Below are positions 45,010-56,737 of a stretch of DNA of 64,000 bases, in pieces. The DNA is from Escherichia coli. Its GTDB lineage: Bacteria; Pseudomonadota; Gammaproteobacteria; Enterobacterales; Enterobacteriaceae. Position 1 is the stretch's first letter. Every line of letters starts with the position of its first letter. A program made the position numbers and the translations under genes. Below the pieces are notes generated by a model. That model searched no databases, was not told where the DNA came from, and saw only the letters and a program-made list of their open reading frames with translations. The stretch is taken from assembly GCF_003018115.1 (NCBI RefSeq), contig NZ_CP027457.1. One strand, given 5' to 3'.

Positions 45010-47148
45010 ATGACACCGCATGTGATGAAACGAGACGGCTGCAAAGTGCCGTTTAAATCAGAGCGCATCAAAGAAGCGATTCTGCGTGCAGCTAAAGCAG
45101 CGGAAGTCGATGATGCCGATTATTGCGCCACTGTTGCCGCGGTTGTCAGCGAGCATATGCAGGGCCGCAACCAGGTGGATATCAACGAGATCCAGACCGC
45201 AGTTGAAAACCAGCTGATGTCGGGTCCATACAAACAACTGGCTCGTGCTTACATCGAGTACCGTCACGATCGCGACATTGAACGTGAAAAACGCGGTCGC
45301 CTGAACCAGGAGATCCGTGGCCTGGTCGAGCAGACCAACGCCTCGTTACTCAACGAAAACGCCAACAAAGACAGCAAGGTGATTCCAACCCAGCGCGACC
45401 TGCTGGCCGGGATCGTGGCTAAACACTATGCACGTCAGCACCTGCTGCCGCGTGACGTGGTGCAGGCACATGAGCGTGGCGATATTCACTATCACGATCT
45501 CGATTACTCGCCGTTCTTCCCGATGTTCAACTGCATGTTGATCGACCTGAAAGGCATGCTGACCCAGGGCTTTAAGATGGGGAACGCCGAGATTGAACCG
45601 CCGAAGTCGATCTCTACGGCAACCGCTGTAACTGCGCAGATTATTGCTCAGGTCGCCAGCCATATTTATGGCGGCACCACCATTAACCGTATCGATGAAG
45701 TGCTGGCACCGTTTGTCACCGCCAGCTACAACAAACATCGCAAGACCGCAGAAGAGTGGAACATCCCGGACGCCGAAGGCTACGCTAACTCTCGTACCAT
45801 TAAAGAGTGCTACGATGCCTTCCAGTCGCTGGAGTACGAAGTAAACACCCTGCACACCGCCAACGGTCAGACGCCGTTTGTAACCTTTGGTTTTGGTCTG
45901 GGCACCAGCTGGGAATCGCGCCTGATTCAGGAATCGATCCTGCGTAACCGTATCGCAGGCCTCGGTAAAAACCGTAAAACTGCGGTGTTCCCGAAACTGG
46001 TGTTTGCGATTCGCGATGGCCTGAACCATAAAAAAGGCGATCCGAACTACGACATCAAACAGCTGGCGCTGGAGTGCGCAAGCAAGCGCATGTATCCGGA
46101 TATCCTGAACTACGATCAGGTAGTGAAAGTCACCGGTTCGTTTAAAACCCCGATGGGCTGCCGCAGCTTCCTCGGCGTGTGGGAAAATGAAAACGGCGAG
46201 CAGATCCACGATGGTCGTAACAACCTCGGCGTGATCAGCCTGAACCTGCCGCGTATTGCGCTGGAAGCAAAAGGCGATGAAGCCACCTTCTGGAAGCTGC
46301 TGGATGAACGTCTGGTGCTGGCACGTAAGGCGCTGATGACCCGTATCGCTCGTCTCGAAGGCGTGAAAGCGCGCGTGGCCCCGATCCTCTATATGGAAGG
46401 TGCTTGTGGCGTGCGTCTCAATGCTGACGATGATGTTTCTGAAATCTTCAAAAACGGTCGTGCGTCTATTTCGCTGGGTTACATCGGCATCCACGAAACC
46501 ATTAACGCGCTGTTCGGCGGCGAGCATGTTTACGACAACGAGCAGCTTCGCGCGAAAGGTATCGCCATTGTTGAACGTCTGCGTCAGGCAGTGGATCAGT
46601 GGAAAGAAGAAACGGGTTATGGTTTCAGTCTCTACAGCACGCCGAGTGAAAACCTGTGCGACCGCTTCTGCCGTCTCGATACTGCTGAGTTTGGCGTGGT
46701 GCCGGGCGTGACCGATAAAGGTTACTACACCAACAGTTTCCACCTCGATGTGGAGAAGAAGGTGAACCCGTACGACAAGATCGACTTTGAAGCGCCTTAC
46801 CCGCCGCTGGCGAACGGTGGTTTCATTTGCTACGGCGAGTATCCAAACATTCAGCACAACCTGAAGGCGCTGGAAGATGTCTGGGATTACAGCTATCAGC
46901 ATGTACCGTATTACGGCACCAATACACCGATTGATGAGTGCTACGAGTGTGGCTTTACCGGTGAGTTCGAGTGCACCAGCAAAGGCTTCACCTGCCCGAA
47001 ATGTGGTAACCATGACGCCTCCCGTGTGTCGGTAACTCGCCGCGTGTGCGGATATTTAGGTAGCCCGGATGCACGTCCGTTTAACGCCGGCAAGCAGGAA
47101 GAAGTTAAGCGCCGCGTTAAACATTTGGGAAATGGGCAGATAGGTTGA
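45010..47148 (+). CDS. nrdD: Anaerobic ribonucleoside-triphosphate reductase NrdD
   Basis: 712-aa ORF with C-terminal glycyl-radical region and Cys-rich zinc site (CYECGF...CPKCGN). Confidence 0.95.
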   Translation: MTPHVMKRDGCKVPFKSERIKEAILRAAKAAEVDDADYCATVAAVVSEHMQGRNQVDINEIQTAVENQLMSGPYKQLARAYIEYRHDRDIEREKRGRLNQEIRGLVEQTNASLLNENANKDSKVIPTQRDLLAGIVAKHYARQHLLPRDVVQAHERGDIHYHDLDYSPFFPMFNCMLIDLKGMLTQGFKMGNAEIEPPKSISTATAVTAQIIAQVASHIYGGTTINRIDEVLAPFVTASYNKHRKTAEEWNIPDAEGYANSRTIKECYDAFQSLEYEVNTLHTANGQTPFVTFGFGLGTSWESRLIQESILRNRIAGLGKNRKTAVFPKLVFAIRDGLNHKKGDPNYDIKQLALECASKRMYPDILNYDQVVKVTGSFKTPMGCRSFLGVWENENGEQIHDGRNNLGVISLNLPRIALEAKGDEATFWKLLDERLVLARKALMTRIARLEGVKARVAPILYMEGACGVRLNADDDVSEIFKNGRASISLGYIGIHETINALFGGEHVYDNEQLRAKGIAIVERLRQAVDQWKEETGYGFSLYSTPSENLCDRFCRLDTAEFGVVPGVTDKGYYTNSFHLDVEKKVNPYDKIDFEAPYPPLANGGFICYGEYPNIQHNLKALEDVWDYSYQHVPYYGTNTPIDECYECGFTGEFECTSKGFTCPKCGNHDASRVSVTRRVCGYLGSPDARPFNAGKQEEVKRRVKHLGNGQIG

Positions 47149-47170
47149 TCTTCACTCTGAGCTAAGCAAA

Positions 47171-47256
<86 letters not shown>

Positions 47257-47305
47257 TTGATTACCGGATGCATCCTATACGCGGACTGATAAGCCAGGCG
47301 AAACA

Positions 47306-47770
47306 ATGAATTATCATCAGTACTATCCTGTCGACATCGTCAACGGCCCCGGCACTCGCTGCACCCTGTTTGTCTCCGGGTGTGTTCATGAATGCCCCGG
47401 TTGCTATAACAAAAGCACATGGCGGGTAAATTCCGGTCAGCCATTTACCAAAGCAATGGAAGACCAGATCATTAACGATCTGAATGACACTCGTATCAAA
47501 CGCCAGGGGATTTCCCTCTCCGGCGGCGATCCGCTGCATCCGCAAAACGTGCCGGATATTCTGAAACTGGTACAACGCATCCGCGCCGAGTGTCCGGGTA
47601 AAGACATCTGGGTGTGGACAGGCTATAAACTCGACGAACTCAACGCTGCGCAAATGCAGGTTGTTGATTTGATTAACGTGCTGGTCGACGGCAAATTTGT
47701 GCAGGATTTAAAAGACCCTTCCCTGATCTGGCGCGGCAGCAGCAATCAGGTGGTGCATCATTTGCGATGA
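47306..47770 (+). CDS. nrdG: Anaerobic ribonucleotide reductase activating protein NrdG (radical SAM)
   Basis: 154-aa ORF with CxxxCxxC cluster motif (CVHECPGCYN). Confidence 0.93.
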   Translation: MNYHQYYPVDIVNGPGTRCTLFVSGCVHECPGCYNKSTWRVNSGQPFTKAMEDQIINDLNDTRIKRQGISLSGGDPLHPQNVPDILKLVQRIRAECPGKDIWVWTGYKLDELNAAQMQVVDLINVLVDGKFVQDLKDPSLIWRGSSNQVVHHLR

Positions 47771-47814
47771 TAAGTTCCCTGTTACCTGAGTGCAGGCAAC
47801 AGGGAAATGAGGAA

Positions 47815-48204
<390 letters not shown>

Positions 48205-48384
48205 TCACTTCCTTTTTTATTTACACTTCATCATTCACACTGCCTCATCGACGACTACGCTCATTCGACCGGGTCACGTACTGCGAGTACGCTCCCCGGC
48301 CCTCATTCACTTTCCGTCTCGATGCAGTGCGAATGATTTTGTGTAATTTTTTAGTTTATAGCGCGACAGGTCGCGCCAGTTTTT

Positions 48385-49737
48385 TTACTGTCCGGCGATT
48401 TTCATCTCCGGCAACAGCACAGAACCACACTGTATATTACTGCGTGTTTCAATATCGTTACCGACGGTGACAATATTGCGCCACATATCTTTTAAATTAC
48501 CTGCGATGGTGATTTCGCTAACCGGATACTGAATTTCGCCGTTTTCTACCCAGAAGCCCGCCGCACCACGGGAATAATCACCGGTAATTGCACTCACGCC
48601 CTGGCCCATCAATTCCGTCACCACCAGCCCGGTGCCCATCTCTTTGAGCATCTGCTCGAAGCTTAGACCTTGTCCGGCAATCCGCCAGTTGTGAATACCG
48701 CCCGCATGTCCGGTGCTTTTCAGCCCCAGTTTTCGCGCCGAATAGCTGGTCAGCAGCCACTGAGTCAGGATGCCATCTTTAATAATATCGCGACGCTCGG
48801 TGCGCACACCTTCGCTGTCGAATGGCGTCGACGCCAGCCCTTTCAGCAGATGCGGATGCTCTTCAATGGTCAGCCAGTCCGGCAGAATTTGTTTACCCAG
48901 CGAATCCAGCAGGAAGGTAGATTTACGGTAAACCGATCCACCCGCTATCGCCCCCACCAGATGGCCAAAAAGCCCGGTTGCCACTTCATTGGCAAAAATG
49001 ACCGGCGCTTTCATGGTGGAGAGTTTACGCGGTGACAGGCGCGATAAAGTACGGCGAGCACAGTCGGCCCCAACCCACTCTGGCGTTTGCAGATCGCTCA
49101 TCGCACGACCAATGGTGTAGGCGTAATCACGCTCCATATCGCCATTTTCTTCGGCAATTACACAGCTGGAGAGCGAATGACGCGTTGAGCAGTAACCCTG
49201 CAACATGCCGTGGCTGTTGCCAAAAACTTTGACACCGTAGTGGCTGTTAAAGCTGCCACCTTCGGTATTGGTGATGCGTTTGTCCGCCTGCAATGCCGCC
49301 TGTTCTGCGCGGGCCGCCAGTTCAATGGCTTCATCCGGGGAAACTTCCGCAGGGTGGAACAAGTCGAGATCTGGTGCGTCAAAGGCCAGCAGCTCTTTGT
49401 CTGCCACGCCGGCACAGGGATCTGGCGAGGTATAACGGGCAATATCCAGCGCCGCCTGTACAGTACGGGCAATGGCCTGCGGGCTTAAATCGGTGGATGA
49501 TGCGCTACCTTTGCGGTTCTGGTGATAAACAGTGATCCCCAGCGCGCCATCGCTATTGAATTCAACATTCTCCACTTCACCATAACGCGTGCTTACGCTA
49601 ATGCCGGTGGTCTTGCTGACGGCAACTTCCGCACCGTCCGATTTGCCTGAGGCCAACTCCAGCGCAGTGGAAACTGCTTCTTCCAGAATCTTGCGCTGCG
49701 CTTCAACTTGAGAGATTACTTTCATTGCAAGTGCCAT
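48385..49737 (-). CDS. pmbA: Metalloprotease PmbA (TldE)
   Basis: 450-aa ORF starting [22 protein letters not shown]. Confidence 0.92.
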
Positions 49738-49830
49738 AATGTAGAGAGTTTCTCTGAAGTCTAACAGAGAACCGTTTTTCAGTGCGCATCTTAACTGGTA
49801 ACATTAGCCTCTTTTTTTAAGGAGCCTGAG

Positions 49831-50382
49831 ATGACTAAGCAGCCCGAAGACTGGCTCGACGACGTTCCCGGTGATGACATCGAAGACGAAGACGATGAAA
49901 TTATCTGGGTCAGTAAAAGTGAAATTAAACGTGATGCCGAGGAGCTAAAACGCCTTGGCGCGGAAATTGTTGATCTGGGGAAAAACGCGCTGGATAAGAT
50001 CCCGTTAGATGCGGATCTGCGCGCGGCTATTGAGCTCGCCCAGCGTATTAAGATGGAAGGTCGCCGCCGCCAGTTGCAGCTCATCGGTAAGATGCTGCGC
50101 CAGCGCGATGTAGAACCGATCCGTCAGGCGCTGGATAAGCTGAAAAACCGTCACAACCAGCAGGTGGTGCTGTTCCATAAACTGGAAAACCTGCGCGATC
50201 GTCTGATCGATCAAGGTGATGATGCCATCGCTGAGGTATTAAGTCTGTGGCCCGATGCCGATCGTCAGCAACTGCGTACTCTGATCCGTAACGCGAAGAA
50301 AGAGAAAGAAGGGAATAAGCCGCCGAAATCCGCACGCCAGATTTTCCAGTATCTGCGCGAACTGGCGGAGAATGAAGGGTAA
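49831..50382 (+). CDS. yjgA: Ribosome-associated protein YjgA (DUF615)
   Basis: 183-aa charged protein starting [35 protein letters not shown]. Confidence 0.88.
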   Translation: MTKQPEDWLDDVPGDDIEDEDDEIIWVSKSEIKRDAEELKRLGAEIVDLGKNALDKIPLDADLRAAIELAQRIKMEGRRRQLQLIGKMLRQRDVEPIRQALDKLKNRHNQQVVLFHKLENLRDRLIDQGDDAIAEVLSLWPDADRQQLRTLIRNAKKEKEGNKPPKSARQIFQYLRELAENEG

Positions 50383-50408
50383 TTTTCGTTGTTGATGTGA
50401 GTATGGTT

Positions 50409-50516
50409 TGCCGGATGCGGTGCACCTGTAGGCCTGATAAGACGCATCAAGCGTCGCATCAGGCACTATGCTCAAATGCCGGATGCGGCGTGAACGCCTT
50501 ATCCGGCCTACGCACA
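50409..50516. repeat. REP/BIME cluster between yjgA and mpl
   Basis: GCCGGATGCGG... and GTAGGCCTGATAAGACGC...GCGTCGCATCAGGC units. Confidence 0.85.
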
Positions 50517-50537
50517 CTATATCAGGCTGAGGCCGAA

Positions 50538-51911
50538 TTACTGCGCAGCTTCCGCCTTCTTCGCCAGACCATCCAGCAGTTTCTGATGGATCCCACCAAA
50601 ACCGCCGTTGCTCATCACCAGAATATGGTCGCCAGGCTGAGCGGTTTTCACCACCATATCTGCCAGCGTATCCACATCGCCACTCCAGTGTGCAGGCTGA
50701 ACGCAGGCTTCTGCCACTTCTGCCACCTGCCACGGAATATGCGCCGGTTGCAGCAGGAAGACTTCATCGGCACGACCTAATGAAGGTGCCAAATCGTCTT
50801 TGCAGATCCCCATTTTCATGGTATTCGAGCGCGGTTCCAGCACAGCAATAATGCGCGCCGTACCACCAACTTTGCCACGCAGCGCCGCCAGCGTTGCCAG
50901 AATCGCCGTCGGGTGATGGGCAAAATCGTCATATACCGTGACGCCATTCGCTTCACCACGCAACTCCAGACGGCGACGAGCATTAATAAACGAACCCAGC
51001 GCGTTAGCGGCATCTGCCGGCGCTACACCAACATGGCGAGCCGCTGCAATCGCCATCAGGCCATTGTGCATATTATGTTCGCCTACCAGCGACCATTTCA
51101 CTTCGCCCACTTTTTCGCCATCCAGCAAAACTTCCCATTCGGAAGCATCGGTGGTCAGCTTTTTCGCCTGCCAGTGACCCTGCTCACCCACCAGCTCCTG
51201 CTCGCTCCAGCAGCCCATCGCCATGGTCTGTTTCAGGTTGATGTCATTTTCCGGCCAGATAATACGGCCCTGCCCCGGAACGATACGCACCAGATGGTGG
51301 AACTGTTTCTGGATCGCTTTCAGGTCGTCAAAGATATCGGCGTGATCGAACTCAAGGTTGTTGAGGATCAGCGTACGCGGGCAGTAATGGACAAATTTAG
51401 AGCGTTTGTCGAAGAAGGCGCAGTCGTACTCATCCGCTTCGATAACAAAGAAGTCGCTTTCGCCCAGACGCGCCGAAACCTCAAAGTTCCCCGGCACACC
51501 GCCGATCACAAATCCCGGTTTGTAACCGCACTGTTCCAGAATCCAGGTCGCCATTCCCGCGGTGGTAGTTTTGCCGTGTGTACCGGCAACGGCCAGCACC
51601 CAGCGGTCGCGCAGCACAAAATCGTGCAGCCACTGTGGACCTGACATATAAGGGATGTTTTTTTCCAGTACCGCTTCCACACACGGATTTCCACGGGTCA
51701 TGGCGTTGCCAATAATCACCAGATCCGGCTGCGGATCGAGCTGGCTGGCATCGTAACCCTGAATCAGCTCAATGCCTTGCTTCTCAAGTAAGGTGCTCAT
51801 CGGCGGATACACATTGGCGTCCGAACCCGTTACTTCATGGCCTAACTGGCGCGCCAGCATCGCCAGACCGCCCATAAATGTGCCACAAATTCCTAAAATA
51901 TGAATGCGCAT
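50538..51911 (-). CDS. mpl: UDP-N-acetylmuramate:L-alanyl-gamma-D-glutamyl-meso-DAP ligase Mpl
   Basis: 457-aa ORF starting [31 protein letters not shown]; Mur ligase family. Confidence 0.93.
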
Positions 51912-52086
51912 ACGTCACTATCCTTTTTTAATCTGCCGCTCATTTTACGCATATGTCGGGCAAGTGAGAAACGCATTTCAGGATAATCCGCAATTTGCTG
52001 GCGCGATTCACCTGAGCGCAACATTGAGATTATTTGTTAAGATTGTTGCGGTCGCTTTACTCCATAAACATTGCAGGGAAAGTTTT

Positions 52087-53085
52087 ATGAAAACGTTAGG
52101 TGAATTTATTGTCGAAAAGCAGCACGAGTTTTCTCATGCTACCGGTGAGCTCACTGCTTTGCTGTCGGCAATAAAACTGGGCGCCAAGATTATCCATCGC
52201 GATATCAACAAAGCAGGACTGGTTGATATCCTGGGTGCCAGCGGTGCTGAGAACGTGCAGGGCGAGGTTCAGCAGAAACTCGACTTGTTCGCTAATGAAA
52301 AACTGAAAGCCGCACTGAAAGCACGCGATATCGTTGCGGGCATTGCCTCTGAAGAAGAAGATGAGATTGTTGTCTTTGAAGGCTGTGAACATGCAAAATA
52401 CGTGGTGCTGATGGACCCACTGGATGGCTCGTCCAACATCGATGTTAACGTCTCTGTCGGTACCATTTTCTCCATCTACCGCCGAGTTACGCCCGTCGGC
52501 ACGCCGGTAACGGAAGAAGATTTCCTCCAGCCTGGTAACAAACAAGTTGCGGCAGGTTACGTGGTATACGGCTCCTCTACCATGCTGGTTTACACCACCG
52601 GATGCGGTGTTCACGCCTTTACTTACGATCCTTCGCTGGGCGTTTTCTGTCTGTGCCAGGAACGGATGCGCTTCCCGGAGAAAGGCAAAACCTACTCCAT
52701 CAACGAAGGAAACTACATTAAGTTTCCGAACGGGGTGAAGAAGTACATTAAATTCTGCCAGGAAGAAGATAAATCCACCAACCGCCCGTATACCTCACGT
52801 TATATCGGTTCACTGGTCGCGGATTTCCACCGTAACCTGCTGAAAGGCGGTATTTATCTCTACCCAAGCACCGCCAGCCACCCGGACGGTAAACTGCGTT
52901 TACTGTATGAGTGCAACCCGATGGCATTCCTGGCGGAACAAGCGGGCGGTAAAGCGAGCGATGGCAAAGAGCGTATTCTGGATATCATCCCGGAAACTCT
53001 GCACCAGCGCCGTTCGTTCTTTGTCGGCAACGACCATATGGTTGAAGATGTCGAACGCTTTATCCGTGAGTTCCCGGACGCGTAA
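52087..53085 (+). CDS. fbp: Fructose-1,6-bisphosphatase class I (Fbp)
   Basis: Start [23 protein letters not shown] at 52087 within track ORF 51904..53085; 332 aa. Confidence 0.93.
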
Positions 53086-53117
53086 TCTCCTGCGCCTCTC
53101 CACACGGAGAGGCGTTT

Positions 53118-54113
53118 TTATTGCTGCGCAATGTTGACTCTTGTCACTGGCGAACTCTGACGATTCTCCCACAGCACCGTTAATCCACGCTGTAATGCTA
53201 TAAAAATAAACAACAAAATACCGATGGCGATTTTCGTCCACCATGAGCTCAGCGTGCCATCAAAGTTTATGTAAGTCTGAATCAGTCCCTGAATCGCCAC
53301 GCCAAAAAGCGTCCCTAATACCGTTCCAACGCCACCGCTCAAAAGCGTACCGCCAATCACCACTGAGGCGATAGCGTCCAGTTCCACACCTACGCCCGCC
53401 AGCGCATATCCGGCCTGGGTATAAATCGAGAAGACAATCCCCGCCAGCGTTGCCAGTCCGGTGGAGAGCATATAAATGCGAATAGTAGTGCTACGGGTAG
53501 AAATCCCCATCAGGTTTGCCGACGTCGCATTGCCCCCAATGGCGTACACCTGATTACCAAAGCGGGTACGATGCGCGAGGAATATGCCGATAACCACCAC
53601 CGCCAGCATCAGCAGTCCCATCGCACTTAAGCGACCGCCGCCAGGGATTTTCCACGCAAGGCTTGAGAGCGTGTCATAAATGGGATGGTTTATCGGGATC
53701 GACTCTTCCGAAACGAGATAGCTGACGCCGCGCAAAAAGAACATCCCTGCAAGGGTAATGATAAATGCCGGGATCTTCAGGGCGTCGATCAAAAGCCCCA
53801 TAAATGCGCCAAAAGCACAGCCCATTACCAGCACCAGCGGAAATGCCAGCAACGGCGAGAGGCCGAAATCGCCAATCACTTTTGCCAGAAACACGCCGGT
53901 AAAGGCGATCACCGAACCAACGGAGAGATCGATCCCACCGGAGAGGATCACAAAGGTCATGCCAACGGCAATTATCCCAAGAAAGGCGTTATCGGTCAGG
54001 ATATTGCAGATCACTCTTGTGGAAGCAAAACCGGGAAACTGGGTCAGGCAGTAAAGATAACCCAACACAAAGACGCCGATGGTGATCATCAGTGGCAAAT
54101 TACGTTTTATCAC
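53118..54113 (-). CDS. yjfF: Galactofuranose ABC transporter permease YjfF
   Basis: 331-aa multi-pass permease; last gene of the ytfQRT-yjfF cluster. Confidence 0.85.
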   Translation of the reverse strand: MIKRNLPLMITIGVFVLGYLYCLTQFPGFASTRVICNILTDNAFLGIIAVGMTFVILSGGIDLSVGSVIAFTGVFLAKVIGDFGLSPLLAFPLVLVMGCAFGAFMGLLIDALKIPAFIITLAGMFFLRGVSYLVSEESIPINHPIYDTLSSLAWKIPGGGRLSAMGLLMLAVVVIGIFLAHRTRFGNQVYAIGGNATSANLMGISTRSTTIRIYMLSTGLATLAGIVFSIYTQAGYALAGVGVELDAIASVVIGGTLLSGGVGTVLGTLFGVAIQGLIQTYINFDGTLSSWWTKIAIGILLFIFIALQRGLTVLWENRQSSPVTRVNIAQQ

Positions 54114-55125
54114 GGCTACGTACTCCTTTAATCAGACTGATAAAGCGTTGCGACTGGACAATCAGCACGCAAAGAACCACCACCGCTTTTACAACCTGGT
54201 TCATCTCTGGCGGAAAGCCCGAAAGCAAAATTCCGGTGTTCATCCCCTGAATAATCAGCGCCCCCACCACCGAAAGCAGTAGGTTAAAACGTCCGCCCAT
54301 CAGCGAACCACCGCCAATCACCACCGCGAGAATGGCGTCCAGCTCCAGCCATAATCCGGCGTTGTTGGCATCGGCACCGCGAATATCCGCCGCCACGATA
54401 ATGCCCGCAATCGCCGCACATAGCCCGCTCAACACGTAGGTGAGCATGACGATGATTCGTGTGTTGACTCCGGCATTTTTTGCCGCCCGAATATTGATAC
54501 CAACGGCTTCGATAAACATCCCCAGCGCCGTTTTGCGGGTCAACAGCCAGAACAGGATAAGCGTCAGCACCGCGATAATGACCGGCGTTGGCAGGAACAA
54601 CAGCGATCCACTGCCGAACCATGAGAGATCCGGCGAGTTAAACGTGACGATCTGCCCGGCGGTGATCAGTTGCGCCACGCCGCGCCCGGCGACCATCAGG
54701 ATCAGAGTGGCGACAAACGGCTGAATTTTGAGGATCGCTACCAGTATGCCGTTCCACAATCCCGCCAGGATGCCGGTGCCCAGGCCGCTTAACAAAACAA
54801 TCGGCAGGCTGAATCCCGCGACCGTCATCGCAGCCGTTGTGGCTCCGGCGATAGCCATCACCGCCCCTACGGAGAGATCAATCCCACCGGTGGCGATCAC
54901 CAGCGTCATGCCAATCGCCAGTAACGCAACGGGAGCTGCACGGTTAAGAATGTCTATGGGGCTACCGAACAAACGCCCATCCTGAAGCACCACCTGCCAG
55001 AAATGCGGGGCTACCAGGCTATCGACCAGCAGCACCAGCAATAGTGCTACCAGCTGCGGCATCCCCGTCGGCCAGCGAAAGCGCCTTTTTGGCGTAGTGG
55101 TGTCCGGAAGAGATTGAGGCATCAC
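54100..55125 (-). CDS. ytfT: Galactofuranose ABC transporter permease YtfT
   Basis: About 341-aa permease; probable start MPQSLPDTTTPKRRF within track ORF 54100..55146. Confidence 0.85.
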   Translation of the reverse strand: MMPQSLPDTTTPKRRFRWPTGMPQLVALLLVLLVDSLVAPHFWQVVLQDGRLFGSPIDILNRAAPVALLAIGMTLVIATGGIDLSVGAVMAIAGATTAAMTVAGFSLPIVLLSGLGTGILAGLWNGILVAILKIQPFVATLILMVAGRGVAQLITAGQIVTFNSPDLSWFGSGSLLFLPTPVIIAVLTLILFWLLTRKTALGMFIEAVGINIRAAKNAGVNTRIIVMLTYVLSGLCAAIAGIIVAADIRGADANNAGLWLELDAILAVVIGGGSLMGGRFNLLLSVVGALIIQGMNTGILLSGFPPEMNQVVKAVVVLCVLIVQSQRFISLIKGVRSRDKT

Positions 55126-55135
55126 ACTGTTCTCC

Positions 55136-56638
55136 TTACGCCGCAATGGCGTTCATGATCGCCGGAACGGAAAGCTCTGCCAGCGGGATCTCCGCCACCT
55201 GTTTGCGATCGCGCATGATAATCACCCGATCGGCATAGCCCACCAGCTCTTCCAGTTCGGAGGAGATCACCAGCAGCGCCAGACCATCGGCGCATAGCGT
55301 TTCAATCAGGCGGATGATCTCGGCGTGGGCACCAACATCAATGCCGCGGGTTGGCTCATCGAGGATCAGAAATTGCGGTCGGGTCAGTAGCCAACGTGAA
55401 AGCAACACTTTTTGCTGATTGCCGCCGGAGAGAAATTCAATCGGTTGTTCAGTTGAAGGTGTGCGAATGCCAAGCTGGCGGATAAAGCGTTCGGCAATCT
55501 CTTGCTGTTCTTTGCGGGAAATGGGACGTAGCCAGCCGCGCTGGGCCTGGAGAGCGAGGATGATATTTTCCCGCACCGAGGCGGCAGCGATGATGCCATC
55601 GGTTTTCCTGTCTTCCGGGCAGAAGCCAATGCCCAGTACCGAAGCCTGATGTGGCGATCGCAGGTTTTGCGGTTTGCCTTTGATCAACGCCGTGCCGCTG
55701 TCAGCAGGTTTGATACCGAAGATCACTTCGGCGGTTTCGGTACGTCCTGATCCCAGCAATCCAGCCAGACCGACGATCTCGCCGGGGCGTACTTCGAGAT
55801 CAAACGGTGCGATCGTTCCTTTTTTGCCGTAATTTTTGAACGCGGCAACGGGTTTGTCGCTCAACAATGTTCGCCCGGCACGCTGTAGCGCGTGGGTATC
55901 CAGCTCGCGCCCCAGCATCATTTTTACCAGTTCGATCTGCGGTAGCTCGCACGTTTCCCGACAGCCTACGAAACTTCCGTTGCGTAAGACGGTGATCCGA
56001 TCGCTGACCTGATAGACCTGATCGAGAAAGTGAGTGACAAAAATCAGGCTGACGCCGCGATCGCGCAACTGACGCATCAGGTCAAACAGTAACTCCACTT
56101 CCTGGGTGTCGAGACTGGCGGTGGGTTCATCGAGGATCAGCACTTTGGCAGAGAGATCGATAGCCCGGCAAATAGCGACGATTTGCTGCATCGCGACTGA
56201 AAAGCGGTTGAGCGGTTCGCGCACGTCGAGGGAGAAACCGTAAGATGCCATCAGTTCGGTGGCGCGCTTTTCCATCTCTTTGCGGCGTAGAAGGCCGAAG
56301 CGTTTGGGTTCGCGGCCTATAAATAGATTATCAGCGACCGACATATTGGGTAGCAGGTTTACTTCCTGATAGACGGTGCCAATGCCGAGTTGTTGCGCGT
56401 GGGCGGTATTTTTCGGTGAGATAGCCTGGCCTTCCAGCCAGATGGTGCCGCGATCGGCGTGGTATACACCAGTTAATACTTTGATTAGCGTTGATTTTCC
56501 CGCCCCGTTTTCACCGAGCAGCGCCATGATTTCGCCACGGCGCAGGCTGAAATCAACGTTGTCTAACGCTTTGACGCCGGGGAAAAATTTACTTAATCCT
56601 TCGGTGCGGAGGATTTCCTGGTGTTGGTCGGTCGTCAT
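55136..56638 (-). CDS. ytfR: Galactofuranose ABC transporter ATP-binding protein YtfR (tandem ABC domains)
   Basis: Start MTTDQHQEILRTEGL at 56638 with GGGGG RBS; two Walker A motifs (GENGAGKST and GLLGSGRTE). Confidence 0.88.
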   Translation of the reverse strand: MTTDQHQEILRTEGLSKFFPGVKALDNVDFSLRRGEIMALLGENGAGKSTLIKVLTGVYHADRGTIWLEGQAISPKNTAHAQQLGIGTVYQEVNLLPNMSVADNLFIGREPKRFGLLRRKEMEKRATELMASYGFSLDVREPLNRFSVAMQQIVAICRAIDLSAKVLILDEPTASLDTQEVELLFDLMRQLRDRGVSLIFVTHFLDQVYQVSDRITVLRNGSFVGCRETCELPQIELVKMMLGRELDTHALQRAGRTLLSDKPVAAFKNYGKKGTIAPFDLEVRPGEIVGLAGLLGSGRTETAEVIFGIKPADSGTALIKGKPQNLRSPHQASVLGIGFCPEDRKTDGIIAAASVRENIILALQAQRGWLRPISRKEQQEIAERFIRQLGIRTPSTEQPIEFLSGGNQQKVLLSRWLLTRPQFLILDEPTRGIDVGAHAEIIRLIETLCADGLALLVISSELEELVGYADRVIIMRDRKQVAEIPLAELSVPAIMNAIAA

Positions 56639-56677
56639 GGTTTCCCCCTTAGCCACGCTCTAAAAGTACTGCACAAC

Positions 56678-56712
56678 TGCCGGATGCGGCGCGAGCGCCT
56701 TATCCGGCCTAC
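56678..56712. repeat. REP element between ytfR and ytfQ
   Basis: TGCCGGATGCGGCGCGAGCGCCTTATCCGGCCTAC. Confidence 0.85.
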
Positions 56713-56737
56713 GAATCGGCATCAGGCATAGCAACCC

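Noticed and set aside
45346-47013. 555-aa minus-strand ORF
   Set aside because: Antisense to nrdD; no independent support.
47775-47806. Long hairpin (TTCCCTGTT ... AACAGGGAA) between nrdG and cybC considered as a terminator
   Set aside because: No adjacent T-run on either strand; recorded only as a stem-loop of unknown role.
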